Below, in pieces: positions 1 to 13,019 of a DNA stretch of 64,000 nt. Positions within the stretch are counted from its first letter, which is position 1. Each line of letters begins with the position of its first letter. This DNA is from Octopus bimaculoides (lineage: Eukaryota): positions 776,775-840,774 of the forward strand of contig NC_069005.1 in NCBI RefSeq assembly GCF_001194135.2, given 5' to 3'. Under the pieces are notes generated by a model. The model did no database searches, had not been told where the DNA came from, and was given only the letters and a program-made list of their open reading frames with translations. The translations under genes and the position numbers were made by a program.

Positions 1-1699
1 AGGGATCTTACCATTACTGGCCCCCATATAACATATTAATGATTGTAATGCTAACCTTTGATGAGTCAAGAGCAAGCTTTGTTTACAGGAGTAAGTTTTA
101 ATCACAAAACGCAAACACTAGTTTGAAGGAATTAAGTTTCCTTCTATGGTAATGTAATAAGATCCAACCCACTGACACAAACTCAATAGCAAATACACAC
201 ACACACACACACGAGAGAAATGCAAACATCTTGTTCTCATTGAAGCATTTTTTGGATCTCTATTGTCAGATTCTGAATTCTATTTATGCAAAGTTAACCC
301 CATTTTAACGTTGGAGCTCTCAAAGTTGACACTAATGATAGTGTCTGATTTTGTTTTCTTTTTATTTTATGAAATCAACTGAAGATATAAATATATTGAG
401 ATGAAAATGATATTTTGCGAGCGAAAATTCACAAATATGTGTGAGCAACTTGTGTCAGTGTAGTTGAGAAAAATGTAGGAAAATGCAAAGAAATGAAATA
501 AAAAAGTTGGTTGACAGGTAGAGGAGGACATTGTCAAAAGGAGAATGAGAAAAGAAAACAATGGAGATAGATAATATTTGTCTTTATTGTTTAGGGGGGG
601 GGGGATAAAGGAAAACAAATATAATAGGAAGGAGTGAAATTGAAGGACGCTGACCTATACGACTAAACGAACAACCGGGGGTCGTCACGTCATTCGGGGT
701 TTTCTTAATCCTAATAGAAATTTGTGAAAATAATAAATAAAATGAAATAGGAAACAATACATGAAAATTCCTCGACTTTCGTTCTGGATCAACGACACCA
801 TTGTCGTCTGCAGAGTAAATACGTTTATCTCCGTCTCTGCTCGTTGCATCAATGAAAAGATTTGAAACCTTGATGCTGGGTTTGAAGTTTGCATGTTTGC
901 CGCTTTTACGCCTCCAAGTAAATTTTTTTTTTTTTGGAGATTATACTTTTAAGGGCGCAGAAATCCAACTTACGCGGGGCATCGCATCAGAAGCCCTAAA
1001 ATCGGCCCCCAACAAAACCAACAGTACATGTAACATATAACAAGGTTTTCCACTATCATCACAACTTCTATTAATTCTCTCTCTCTCTCTTCTTTGAACT
1101 TTCTCAATAAAGACATATAAAATAAAGGAATATATTTATTATTGCAATTACACAAATTCTATTCAAAATGGGTTGTAACTATTATCCGGGTGGGATGGCG
1201 ATTCTTCAGGTGGTCCGTTAGTGTTAATATATTTAATGCAAAGGACAATTAAGAAGTCGGTGAATAATATTCATTTGACAAATTAATAAATGACAAAGCA
1301 TCAGATTAAAATACTTTGAAATGTTTAGTTATCCTCTTTTCTCATTTCAAATTCTGCCAAGATAAATGTTGTCAAATAAAGAACTAATCAAATACTGGAT
1401 CGATCGATATAATTGACTTAAACCTGTCCCATAAATTTAAGGATTTATATCTATATTAAAGATCAATATTATTTTCATGTAAAAACATATTTTTTTCTTT
1501 AAAATGAACCTGTCTGAGTCTATGTGAAGCAATCAATGTTTTCTACATCAGTAAATACTCGAATATTAAAGAAAACATGAAAATGTGTTGTGTTTGTACT
1601 GTTAAAAACACTCAGCCCATACGTTAACGTGTAAAGAGGATAGAAAAAGATGTTAAACCATGTACATTGGAGCCACGCAAAATATAAGCAGATATTTAC

Positions 1700-2031
1700 C
1701 ATTGAGTCCAGGGTGGGTTCGAGTTATCGAGGACCTGGTGCCATTTTTTATGCCAGATTAAATCTTCGGCCGCTTTAGCCCAGAATGTGGTTGGATCTTG
1801 CAGGGCTTGCCGAAAGCTTTCTTCGTGTGTGTCAATGTAACCAGGTGGAGAGGAATGGAGTAAACATTGACTTGTTGAATAGAATCGAAAATTAAATGGC
1901 AATAGTTTGTATTGGGGACCAGCTTTAAGAGACCGGAGTAGAGATATTGGAGTAAGAAATCGTTTGATGAACAGGTGTGGACAGGTAAGCATCGTTCCAG
2001 CTCTGTTTAATTTGAGTGCTGTTGCAGCCAT
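1700..2031 (-). CDS. ACSS3: Acyl-CoA synthetase short-chain family member 3, mitochondrial; coding exon 1 (gene continues left of the window)
   Basis: Translation MAATALKLNRAG...FRQALQDPTTFWAKAAEDLIWHKKWHQVLDNSNPPWTQW matches the N-terminal ACAS domain of ACSS3-type enzymes. The first 66 aa have no D/E and are K/R-rich, like a mitochondrial presequence (RFY/S). The exon ends at donor TG|GTAAAT (1700/1699). Confidence 0.88.
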
Positions 2032-3009
2032 CGTGATGAAAGTAAATCAGTTATTTCTTGAAGCATGCTAACTTCTTCAAGCGTGACCAAATCTGCTCAC
2101 CTCCGCTCTGTCATGTGACCAAACCAACTGGGACATAAAAAGTGGGTGGCAATTTAGTAGAGTTCATCAGGTAAAAAAATATAGTAAATATAAATAAACA
2201 AAAATAGATATAGAAAAAAAAAAAAAGACATTTATGAGGTTAGATGAGCTGCAGATTAAATCTCTCGGTTAATGTTTAATATTTCGGGTATTTATTATCC
2301 TTGTCCCCGACGGGATCCGAACCTAAAACTCTCGCTCGTAACACGTCTTCAAAATGTTTCCAGTGCAGAGAAGGATATGATATTTTCGAGCAAAATAATG
2401 GAAAGAATTAAATGTTTTCAATAATAAAGAGAAAAAAAAAAAGACATTGGTGGTCCTCTCACTTTTGTATTGTATAATTTATACTAAACTAGACTTATTA
2501 AAATATTTGGTAAATTAATCATAAAAAATTTTTTTAATGAGTTTTCTTTTTTCAAAATTTTAATTATTACTTGTTCTTTTTGTTTTTTTCTTCTTAATCC
2601 CGGTATTTCTGTCCTATTTTACATTGACACCATGAGAGCTTTCTTCTCTAAATAAATGAATTTAATCACACACACAAAATGACCAAATAAGGAAATTACT
2701 TTATCCAAGACACTAACTTTTTTTTGCCATATCCTGGATCAGGTCCGTCACCAGATTTTGGTGCCTTGGGGTGCTTCAGAATATTCTGGTTGGGCACTAA
2801 TTTATAATAATGTTTTGAAATAAGTGTACCACTATAAATTTGTGGGTAGACCATTGAATAGTGAAGGGACAGTGCTGCCCAGTGCACCCCCTTAACGACG
2901 GGTATGTCCTGGCTTCTATTTTCTAAAACTACAAACCGTCTGTGGGACTCGAAGTGTATGGTCCGTTCGTCGATTGTGCTACACTGAACTTTGCAAGGTC
3001 CCAGTTCAA

Positions 3010-3400
3010 TAACGGTTTCTAACTTAGACACAAGGCCAGCAATTTTGAGACATGTTTGTAGATACCATCGACCCTGGTACTTTATTTTATCGACCACAAA
3101 AGGATGAAAGGCAAAGCTGATCTTGGCAGGATTTGAACTCAAAACGTAAAGGGCCTTAAATTAAGTAGTATTTAGTATTTGTTGAACGTTCTCACAATTC
3201 TGCCAATAATTGTTTCCAATTTAGGCACAATGTCAATAATTTTGACATCGATTTCAGTACCTGATTGATATTTCATTTAACCGACCCTGAGTAGATGAGA
3301 GGCAAGTTAACCTCAATGGGAGTTGAACTCAGAATAAGAACGTATAAAGCCGGAACAGATATCGCCAAGTATTTCCTTGATGTTCTAACAATTCTGCTAA
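3010..3400 (-). mobile_element. Two adjacent degraded SINE family B copies
   Basis: ggtactttattttatcgacc...aggatgaaaggcaaag...atttgaactc motif at about 3010-3155 and a more decayed copy at about 3212-3400. Confidence 0.7.
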
Positions 3401-4650
3401 TAATAATAAGTGTTGAGGTGCGACGCATTCTGCTGAATGATGTGCATTGAAAAATTCTCGTTCAGTCAGGATTGTTGGTGGTAAATAAAATGAAATTATT
3501 GTTGTTATTATTATTATTGAGTGAATCAGTCAGATATCTTAAGAATCGGAGATTCAACAGGGATGTTCGTTGGTTCCACACTTTTTACTTTAGCAACCAG
3601 TCGTACTGCTCAAAGAATATCGGAATTGAATGTCTAGTACGTTGACGATATCGATATTGGTGCTGATTCTCTCCAGGTATAGAACTTTGTCGAATAACTT
3701 ATTAAATGAGAAAACAACAACAAAAAAAAACCCCACCTAGTCGAGGTGTTCAGGCGTCATCTATCGCCCGACATCATTTCTCATCCTCCTGTTTGATTGT
3801 TCCTCAGAGAAACATTTACTGATCCATGCCTTCCAATGGCTACTTTGTCAAATATACAACGTTTCCATTATTTCCCAAACAATACTTATAATGTAGAATG
3901 ATATGAAGCTTTTTTATTCTTAAAAATTATCTGTTGATATCAAAAATAATTTACCTGTAAAGAAGACGTCTTCCTTTTAAATTTGTCAATCTTTTAACTG
4001 ATTTCAATCTGCTCGTAAAACAAATGTTGATAATGGTTCTTATCTGAGTAGAAACCTCTTCACAGCTGTATGATGGGAGTTTTTTGTATTCTTACAGCTG
4101 AAGAGATATTTATTTCATTTCCTTGCTTCTAAGCATCTTTCCATTCTTTTGTTTCAAATGTAACAAAGCGCATCCTTTCCTGTATTAACAGGAATTCTCA
4201 TTCCTTCAGAAAGATGGACATAGTTTTCACTAAGTAGACAAATCCGAACAAAGAGGTACCTTCAAATAGAACACATCAACAAGCATGGAACATTATTTTG
4301 ATGTGATCTAAAGTTGATAGTCTGTTGACGAATTGTAGTCAGCAGCTTCATAATCAAGTACTAGGACGTGCATGGGAGACATTCGGCTGCGTGGATCATC
4401 AACCTTACTTACCCAGTGGCGGATGCAGAGGGGTTGCCTGGGCAACACTCTTTCCAGCCGAGCCGACACCAAAAAAAATCAAGACCAAATATTTTCACAT
4501 TACTTTTTCATGCGTATATGGTCTGCTACAACGAAGTTAGAATACATAAAAATGTGTCCATTTGTTAGGAATTGCGATTCCCGCTTCGTGTAGATTCTGA
4601 CTACGTTGGAATTTGTTGTGAAAAATATTTTTCCTGGGGTTTGGGAAAGC

Positions 4651-5030
4651 AGTTTCGGAAAATTTACATGTGACACTTTCGTTTCCTCATAACTTTCAGG
4701 AAAATGGGAATTTGTTTCAATGAAATTCTCTACAAATGCCTTCTGGGGTGTGTAGATTACAGTTTTAAGGAAATTTAATATGAAAAAAATAATTGTTTGC
4801 CGTGCACACATACATACTGATACACATAACATGTATCTCGATAAAAATTGTGATGCATGTCAGTGTGTATGTGTGCGTGCCAACCATTTTTTTTTTTTCC
4901 AAATTAAATTCCAATATAATTGTAATCTACACACTCTGAAAGATAGTTCTAGAAAATTTCATTGAAAAATACCCATTTTCCTGAAAGCTATAGGGGGGGG
5001 GGAGTCGACTCGTTTGAATTTCCTGAAACT
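4651..5030. repeat. 380-bp imperfect palindrome (foldback)
   Basis: Perfect stems 4693-4708 with 4972-4987 (16 bp) and 4748-4761 with 4921-4934 (14 bp), plus further imperfect pairing. All are symmetric about position 4840. Confidence 0.9.
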
Positions 5031-5335
5031 CTTCCTTTGCAAATCTCTTCTGTTCTGCTATTCCTTTTGCGTGTAAACCTGATGCCTGGCTTCCCTTTTG
5101 GCCACCTGATATCATTCTCTGCTTCCACTTTCATTCCAGTCTTTCCAGGCCTGTCTTTTTGCGTTTATGGCACTGTCTACCTCCTTGTTCCACCACCATG
5201 TCACCCTCGGTCTAACTGGGACTCGGCACCAACCACACATTTCGTCTGTAGCTCTCAGTAGATTGTCCCACAGGAACTTCCAATTGTTCCCTGAGCTTTG
5301 TATCCCCAACTCTTCCTCCCTCTTTTGTCAGAAGC
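5031..5335 (-). mobile_element. RTE LINE fragment (endonuclease-RT linker)
   Basis: Translation WKFLWDNLLRATDEMCGW...TWWWNKEVDSAINAKRQAWKDW is typical of RTE ORFs. Confidence 0.85.
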
Positions 5336-5446
5336 TTCCATTTGAAAATCTCTAAATTTTTGTGTTTCTTGGGTCTTGGAGCCTCCATACTCTTCTTTTC
5401 CAGATTAGTTTATTTCTCCAAGCCTTTCTAGCTCTAAATATATATG

Positions 5447-5486
<40 letters not shown>

Positions 5487-7819
5487 AGGAGAGGGAAAAT
5501 ATCTGTCAATCATGTTCAATTAATGAATGATAAAGTCTCCCTCTCCCCTAACTCTCTCTCTCTCTCTCTCTCAATCTTTCACATGTGTGTGTGTGTGTGT
5601 GTATTTGTCACCAACTTTAAAAAAAGTGCTTTTGCCAAAACCAGTCGAATTTCCCATTAAAGTTGTGCCACACCATCAAAGTTCAATGGTCTCATTCCCT
5701 GACACACTGCTGGCTTAACGAAAGAAAAAGTAAAACAATGTCGGAATGTGAATTGAATGTAAAAAGAAGCAGAAGGACAGAGAGGGGCAACAACAGCTTG
5801 TGAGCCAAAGCTGGGTAAATTTAGGTTAAAACAACACCTGAGAACATACAACTGTAACGTTACGGTTCACTTATTACATGGCATTCAAAATGCTATGCTG
5901 GTTACTTTCTAAACATATTTTTTTAGCCCATCGATAACACCCTCATAAACCTTTTGTGTATATTTAAAAATAAAACGATTTTTACTTGGTAAATTTTTCT
6001 TGAGCAAATGTGTTCTCAATTTTTATTTGCAGTAAACTTTTAAAGGCAACTGACACACCGTGCAGTTAGCCATCAACCTCACAGGTCTACGAGCTTGGTT
6101 CTGATCTATGTATTTTGTGGCTTACCGTCAATAGATCAATACAGTGCATTGAAATATGAGGCGGTGGATGGGGTGGGGGTACCTATAATGTTGCTTAGAC
6201 ATTCCTGTCACCATCATCATCATCATCATCATTATTTAACATCTGCTTCCCAATGAAAGCACACAATACATTCTGCAAAGTTGTCAGAATTAGGAAGGGC
6301 ATCCAGTTGTAGGAACGATGCCAAAGAAGACATTGAAGCATGATGTAGTCGTCCAGCTCATTAAATCTTATGAAGCCCTCCAACTCAAGCCAACCTGAAA
6401 GACAGACATTAAATGCAGTTGGCTAATCGTTTCTAACTAAATTAGAAGCCTTTAATACTTATAAATGAAATCATGGTTTCATTTCTCTGCATGTTTCAGA
6501 AATGAGGTATACTGCCACTTGACCAGCACTGAACCCTGGCTCTTAAAAACCAGTGAAAAATCATACAATTTTAATTCCATTAAAGACACAATAACAAACA
6601 TCCTAACAAATGAAGGAAAACCATATTTTGACACAATGAGGTTGTGTCAATGAGATCCTGACATAATTTTACAATAAAATTATCATAAAAGTTTGTGTCT
6701 TGGGAGGGTCATTGCATCATTAATAATAATAATAAACACATGCACTGGTTCAATATCACTTCCATATTGTTAGTCAGTTGGTTGGATATCTAACCAACTA
6801 AATGATTGTTTGTTTAATTTGTTGGTTAAACAACCAGTCAGTTGTTAGTTTGTCAAAGTCCTTTTGTTGCTATTTTGGGACCTCATCAATGACATGCCTT
6901 CTCTCTTCAATCTTCTTTGCCTTGAGTTTTGTTTATTATTATTAACATAATGTCTCTCCCAAGACACAACAAAATTTCTATCAAGGCACGAATTCACATC
7001 AATAAGCTTGAAAACCAAATACAAAAATGAAATTACAATAAAAGAATTTTTACATTTATAAAAAGTTAGAAAAATATTTATTTGCTAAATACAGTTTTTT
7101 TGTTTTTTATTATGTTTACAGCAGGGTCACAGCTCTTGAGCTGAAACTAGATAAAAAAAAAAAAAAAATGGACTAGCTGTTTTTTCAAAGTAATGGATAC
7201 AACTGTTTGTAAAGGTTAAAAAACAACATTCCAGTATATTTACAGATGGTTTGAAACAGTTTAATAGTTTTATAAGTCACACATGTACAGAATGGTAGGG
7301 GGTGACCTTTTTTTATAAAAAAACATTTATAAACCAATTTCACTGCAATTTATTCTCTTTTCATAAAATTCCTTTTAGATTAAAAAAAAAAAAAACAACT
7401 TCCCTCTGTTCATTTATATCTCACGTAAGCCAGGATATAAAGTTAAGCACTTGGTAATGTTTCCCCAATAGAGACATCGGAGTTGAAGAAGTTAAATGGA
7501 TTAAGGAATATTTAAATGACTGTAAAAAGCTTTCAAAACATGGCAAGGTACACACACACACGCAAGAAACAATTCTCCAAGTCATCTGGAAGAAAATAAA
7601 GTATGTAACATGTGTAGAATGATTCTAAACATGTTATTTAAAAATGCTCATTATATTTTATAAGAAAACTTTAATCCTCAATAAATATATTATTTAGGAT
7701 TATATAATTAATCTTTATCATGAGAGTTGAGGTTGATTAGCTCTCTGGATAGGTTGTCAACCTCTAGTAGCAAGTAGCTTCTCCTGAAGCAGGAATTAAA
7801 ACTCAGCACTATAAACGTA

Positions 7820-8000
7820 TAGAAAGATCAGATGGAACGACCAAGTCACCAACGATGAAGTTGTGGCTTGCATGCAGACACCCAGTCTTGTCATCCTACT
7901 GCAACAACAACACCTCTGTTGGTTGGGTCATGCATGCTACCACATGCCACTAAAAGACTTGTAATAAGATGAACTGACTTCTGTAAGAGACCGCAAGTAT
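7820..8000 (+). mobile_element. Degraded RTE/BovB-like LINE 3' fragment
   Basis: WNDQVTNDEVVA...LQQQHLCWLGHA resembles the WxDxxxNxEV...LRWxGHVxRM C-terminal motif. Confidence 0.6.
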
Positions 8001-8831
8001 GATTCCCATCTTTGTTTACAAAGACGTTTGAGTAACATGATGTTCCTTTATATGAATGCTGAAAGGTGAGACGACATTGTTGGTGGTCACCCTTGCTGGA
8101 GTCTGAAACTAGACAAAAGTTTAAAAAGATGAGAGATGAAACTGAGGATTACTGCGGAGGAAATGCAAATTCAACAAAAAAAAAAGAAAAAAACAGCAGA
8201 GCAATACTTGTGGACAGGGCCTTCAAGTGTAGTAACAACAGGTGAGACAGCCACTCTACCCAACTTGCGGCCCCTTTCATTAACAGAGGCCTACTACTGC
8301 TGTCAACTACAGCTTGGCAATAATCAGAAGAAAATAAAATACAACACTGTGTGATCTTTATAAGAGAAACACTGGGAACTTCCAGAACTGATATTATGAA
8401 ATAATCAAGTCATTTACTTCACTTTATTTTACCTTTTGTTTCAGCCTAACGAGATGGACTTTTCAAAGTGATTGAAACTGGTGGCTGCATACATAGTTGG
8501 AAATGTACTTCCTTACTTTTGTCTATGACAAAATTCTCAAAGCATTTTCTTTTTCTTGGGAAGAGTTATGCAACAAACAACAGGGGTCCTAGAACTGATC
8601 CCATCTCATAGGGTGAAGAATGCTGCTCTAGAACCGATGATGTTGACGATGTAATTTTAAAATAAGTGGAGGGCATGATTATAAACTCAGTCAAATATTT
8701 TATATCAATTTATCCCTATAAAGTGCTAACGCTGAAGCTTTGGCAGTCATACAAAATCCTTTTGAGCTCATCCCAATTACGGCTTACTTTAGATAAGTTG
8801 TAAGAGTTACCTACCTTAGGTCAATGTTTTG

Positions 8832-8916
8832 CTAAGAGGGATTATTCGAATTGGGCAGCTGTACGTAGAGGGAGTCCTTACAGCGAAGATATTCATTGAG
8901 ACGGAGAATACCATAA
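8832..8916 (-). CDS. ETNK1: Ethanolamine kinase exon 8, terminal (SYGILRLNEYLRCKDSLYVQLPNSNNPS*)
   Basis: Acceptor ttttgtctgttgcag. YGILRLNEY corresponds to the conserved YAxxRFxxY helix. TAG stop at 8834-8832. Confidence 0.88.
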
Positions 8917-9184
8917 CTGCAACAGACAAAATACATTAGTATACCGTTCAGTGTTATTAGTTATCATTAATTGTATGACTAATCAATATTACTAATTAGT
9001 TAAAACCAAGACATTGCTGCATAAATGAACTTACAGCTGAAGGGTTGTTAATTTATGAAGCTATTTTGTATCTCTGAAGTTTCAACAACAAGGAACAAAT
9101 GTTCAGATTTGGGTTGGATTTTAGGGTGGTGCAATTAAAAACAAGTTTGTAAATAATTGGTTGAGTGAACCATGTGATACGGAC

Positions 9185-9258
9185 CTGAGGAAATCAAATT
9201 CTATGACAGAATTATATGCTTGGATTAGAGACCAAATACCCCAGAAGAAATGGGAAGC
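9185..9258 (-). CDS. ETNK1: Ethanolamine kinase exon 7 (ASHFFWGIWSLIQAYNSVIEFDFL)
   Basis: Conserved ASHFFWGxWxLIQA motif. CAG acceptor and an atypical AG|GTCCGT donor. Confidence 0.93.
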
Positions 9259-9546
9259 CTGCAAAATAAATAGAAAAAAATGAATACACACATACATATA
9301 CATACATACATGTGTGTGTGTGTGTATGTATGTATATATATACACACACTGTTTGCAATAAGTTCCTTATAATCATAATCAATAGCAGAGCAAAACCCCA
9401 TTTTTGGATTTGGGACCCATACCAGTGCTGATCAAGTGTAAAACAAATAATCCAGCATAGCCTTATGGCCTTAATCTAGCTTCTCCACATTTGTCACTCT
9501 TGCAGGATTTGATGAGATTAAGTCTGAAATATTGACGAATACTTAC

Positions 9547-9719
9547 TGCAAAAAATTTGTTAACCCAGATATACATGTGTCTGACTTCTTCATCAGTGAC
9601 AGCATCGGTTTTAGAACCTTCTGGAGAGGCCATTTTCTTGTAGAGTTCTAGGTAGTTCTTTATCCATTTCAGTTGATATGCTTCATTTGGACAACGAGAG
9701 AAATCAGCTTCATCGACAC
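9547..9719 (-). CDS. ETNK1: Ethanolamine kinase exon 6 (VDEADFSRCPNEAYQLKWIKNYL...WVNKFFA)
   Basis: TAG acceptor and GCA|GTAAGT donor; phases are consistent with both neighbours. Confidence 0.95.
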
Positions 9720-9833
9720 CTATAAAAAAGAAATACAACATGTTAATACTGATGATGCTGATGTAAAGGATGATGACAATATATGTTGATGACAGAACGT
9801 TAATTAAAATATATGTTGATGAGTGTTAATTAC

Positions 9834-9917
9834 CAGCATATTCACAGAAATGGTTGGCAATGTCATAGGCGACGTAGTTCTCATTGGTGTATTCAAAATC
9901 TATAAAAGAAACTGAAT
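9834..9917 (-). CDS. ETNK1: Ethanolamine kinase exon 5 (DSVSFIDFEYTNENYVAYDIANHFCEYAG)
   Basis: Choline/ethanolamine kinase motif IDFEY...DIANHFCEYAG. CAG acceptor and G|GTAATT donor. Confidence 0.97.
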
Positions 9918-10566
9918 CTGAAAAATTAAAAGAAAATATAATGTAAGAATAACAGCCAGAGACAGCTAACGAACAGGAAAAGCTCATTAAGCAAAATTTT
10001 GTATAATAAACAAGGATATAAATACATACACACAGCTATATAATTGTGTGTGTAGCGATATATATGTGTCATCATCATCATCATCATTTAATGTCCACTT
10101 TCCATGGGTTGGACGGTTTCATTGAAAACCGGTAAGCTGGAGGACTGCACAAGGTTCCAGTCTGATTTGGCATGCCCTTCCTAATGCCAACCACTTTGAG
10201 AGTATAATGGGTGCATTTATGTGCCACGACTACAACTACGATTTCAGTTTGCTTGACAAGTCTTCTCAGCACAGCATCACCAAAGGTCTCTGTTACTCGT
10301 CATCACCTCCGTGAGGACCAACATTTGAAGGATCATGCTACTGGCAACAGCCACGAACTATGATTCCACTTGACAAGTCTTCTCAAGCACAGCATATCAC
10401 CAAAGGTCTTGTTCTGCACTCTTACCAATATATGTCTATGTCTATAAAAGAGGATCTCTCAGGGTAAATACCACAGGAACATGGCATTCTAATAATACAT
10501 TCATTTCAAGTAGGACAAGATGATTGCCACATATATATATATATGTATGTATGTATGTATGTATAT

Positions 10567-10735
10567 AGGCATAGGTGTGGCTGTGTGGTTAAGGAGCTTG
10601 CTTCCTAACCATGTGGTTCAATCCCAGTGCATGGGACCTTGGGCAAGTGTTTTCTGACATAGCCCCCAGTCAATAGGTCAATCAATGCCTTCTGATTGAA
10701 TTTAGTACACAGAAACCGAAAAACAGCCCATTGTG
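10567..10735 (+). mobile_element. tRNA-derived SINE family A copy
   Basis: ggcataggtgtggctgtgtggttaag...ggttcaatccca...ccttgggcaagtg; homologous to 21610, 42704 and 50600. Confidence 0.75.
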
Positions 10736-11432
10736 TGTGTGTGTGTGTATACATACATATGTATGTATGTATATGTATATCTACAAACAGTCACTTCATG
10801 ATGAGATATGACACAGAAAACTTCAAACTGTTGGCTGTTATTTTTTAAGTCATTCATGCATATAATTTGACTGACTGAACAAAAGGAGAATGTTTGATCC
10901 TTTTTTGTTTGTTTGTTTGTTTGCATGTATATATGTGTGCATGTATGTGTACATATACACATATACATACATATATATACATATACATACAAACATACAC
11001 ACACACACAAACTCATATATATATATATAGAACTATAGAATGAGGAGGTAATTTATTTAACCACATGGCATCCACAGTATTATATTTATTTAATCATGTG
11101 GTATCCACAGTATTATGGCCATTTCACAATGTTCTCTCTGTTCTTGACGTATGGTTCTCAGAATCCGCATTTGATACAGCTGATAAATATATATATATAT
11201 ATATATATACGTATAAAAATGTTGTCAACTGTTTTGCACTTCTAGGTGCCCTTAGACACACTACCAGTCTATATGCATATACAGTAGAACCTCGGCTTTC
11301 GAAAAACTCTGATCACAAATAAATCATACTTTATCTCCTGTCTTTCTCATATTCATTTAATACAGTAGTACCTTCGTTTATGAACGCCTCTGATCACAAA
11401 TAAATCGTGCTTTATATATATATATATGTATA

Positions 11433-11481
<49 letters not shown>

Positions 11482-11739
11482 AACGTGAGAGAGCTAGGGG
11501 TTGGGGGTACAACCCACTAAGGGATAGTATCTATCCGGTATACTGCTGGGAGGGTACCCAATTATTGCTACCCTAGTGCTATACTAGGTGCAATCAATGG
11601 GAGCGGGTAAAAGTGGAGGTTTTACCCAAAATTTGTATAACAATTAGAAAATGGAAGATAATATGCTGAACCCAACTACTTGCAGACGGTGTATCTCGTT
11701 GAATTCATTAATTTAATTCATAGCAAAAGTGACAAAAAA

Positions 11740-11972
11740 NNNNNNNNNNNNNNNNNNNNNNNNNNNNNNNNNNNNNNNNNNNNNNNNNNNNNNNNNNNNN
11801 NNNNNNNNNNNNNNNNNNNNNNNNNNNNNNNNNNNNNNNNNNNNNNNNNNNNNNNNNNNNNNNNNNNNNNNNNNNNNNNNNNNNNNNNNNNNNNNNNNNN
11901 NNNNNNNNNNNNNNNNNNNNNNNNNNNNNNNNNNNNNNNNNNNNNNNNNNNNNNNNNNNNNNNNNNNNNNNN
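11740..11972. other. Assembly gap; others at 19671-20290, 32357-32689, 33465-34072, 41409-41528, 42394-42674, 45789-45981, 47512-47801, 53810-54644, 55725-55879 and 58706-59041
   Basis: Runs of N. Confidence 0.99.
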
Positions 11973-12190
11973 TATATATATATATAGCACGATTTATTCA
12001 CAATCAAAGTTGTTTGGAAACCAAGGTACCACTGTATCGTTCTCTTTGGATACAACCAACCAACAATGTTTTCCAGTATTTAGTTCCTGACCTGATTTTC
12101 CCAAGTCTAATGATTCATTAACACATATCAAACCACATCACAAACATAAAAACTAATTGTTTAATTAATTATGTTGGTGGCTGTACAAAC

Positions 12191-12333
12191 CTGTTTTGGC
12201 ATTGTAGATGATGTTGTTCAAGAGCAGATCATTATGGCAGATGGCTATGGGCACATCGCAATTCTCAAATACCTTGCAGAGTCCATTGAACTCATCCCAC
12301 AGCTTTATTTTACCCAAAATCTCAGATGCGTAC
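12191..12333 (-). CDS. ETNK1: Ethanolamine kinase exon 4 (YASEILG...AICHNDLLLNNIIYNAKT)
   Basis: Brenner phosphotransferase motif CHNDLLLNNIIY. TAG acceptor and G|GTTTGT donor. Confidence 0.96.
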
Positions 12334-12583
12334 CTAAAAAAAGAGAATGCATGATATATGGATTTATATAACTCATGGTAATCCCCGCAAAAAAGCTCCC
12401 CTAGTGGACTCAGCTACATGTCTGCACAAATATGTGTGCCACGCATTGTACAATACATTTGTATATTTACCCTCAATGCAATAAAGAAGAATGAAGGAGG
12501 AGGAAATATGGAAGAACTTGTTAAAGGGAAATTAACACGGGATAAAAAAGCATTTCTTAGAAGAACCTTTGAAAGTACTTTAC

Positions 12584-12751
12584 CTTTGTTGTGTCTGGCT
12601 GTCTTCAAATTTATTTGGAATAATCTGTAGCATGTTCTTCATTTTCTTGAGCAGAATTGGTTCACCTTTGAAGAACACATTGTAAGTTTGAAAATCATCA
12701 ACATCAGTAGCTTTGATGCTGTGTAAGCGGACCATTTCTTGTGTAATCAGA
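12584..12751 (-). CDS. ETNK1: Ethanolamine kinase exon 3 (LITQEMVRLHSIK...EDSQTQQR)
   Basis: CAG acceptor and AG|GTAAAG donor; 168 bp, phase 2 to phase 2, open frame. Confidence 0.9.
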
Positions 12752-13019
12752 CTGATAATGAGACAAGTCGTTAAGAAATTAAATATTAGATATACACAAA
12801 ACGATTAAAATGGTGGTGTAGGAATCTGGAAAAATATCAAGATGGTGCAGCCATTTAATACATATTTTTCCTATACACACACGTCTGGTATAATCAGAAC
12901 ATCAATTATATGTACCCACACATGTAGTACAATAGACTAAGAGGTATGGTTTAATTAGTGACAAAGGGACGTTATAGTTAAATAGTTGGCAGTATGAGTG
13001 TTACTGACTTATGCCATTT

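Noticed and set aside
2290-2350. tRNA-like B box (GTTCGGATCC, minus strand) upstream of ACSS3
   Set aside because: No A box or cloverleaf could be built; not a tRNA gene.
2696-3142. 148-aa minus-strand ORF near the ACSS3 promoter
   Set aside because: It starts inside a SINE family B copy and has no recognisable domain or splice context.
3620-3690. YVDDIDIGADSLQ, resembling an RT YxDD motif
   Set aside because: Too short and bounded by stops; at most a tiny decayed LINE remnant.
8445-8515. Exon-like segment (tttgtttcag...aaat|gtactt) in the presumed ETNK 3' region; the reverse strand reads MYAATSFNHFEK
   Set aside because: The real terminal exon at 8832-8916 fits phase and homology better. 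This segment has stops on the plus strand and no acceptor on the minus strand.
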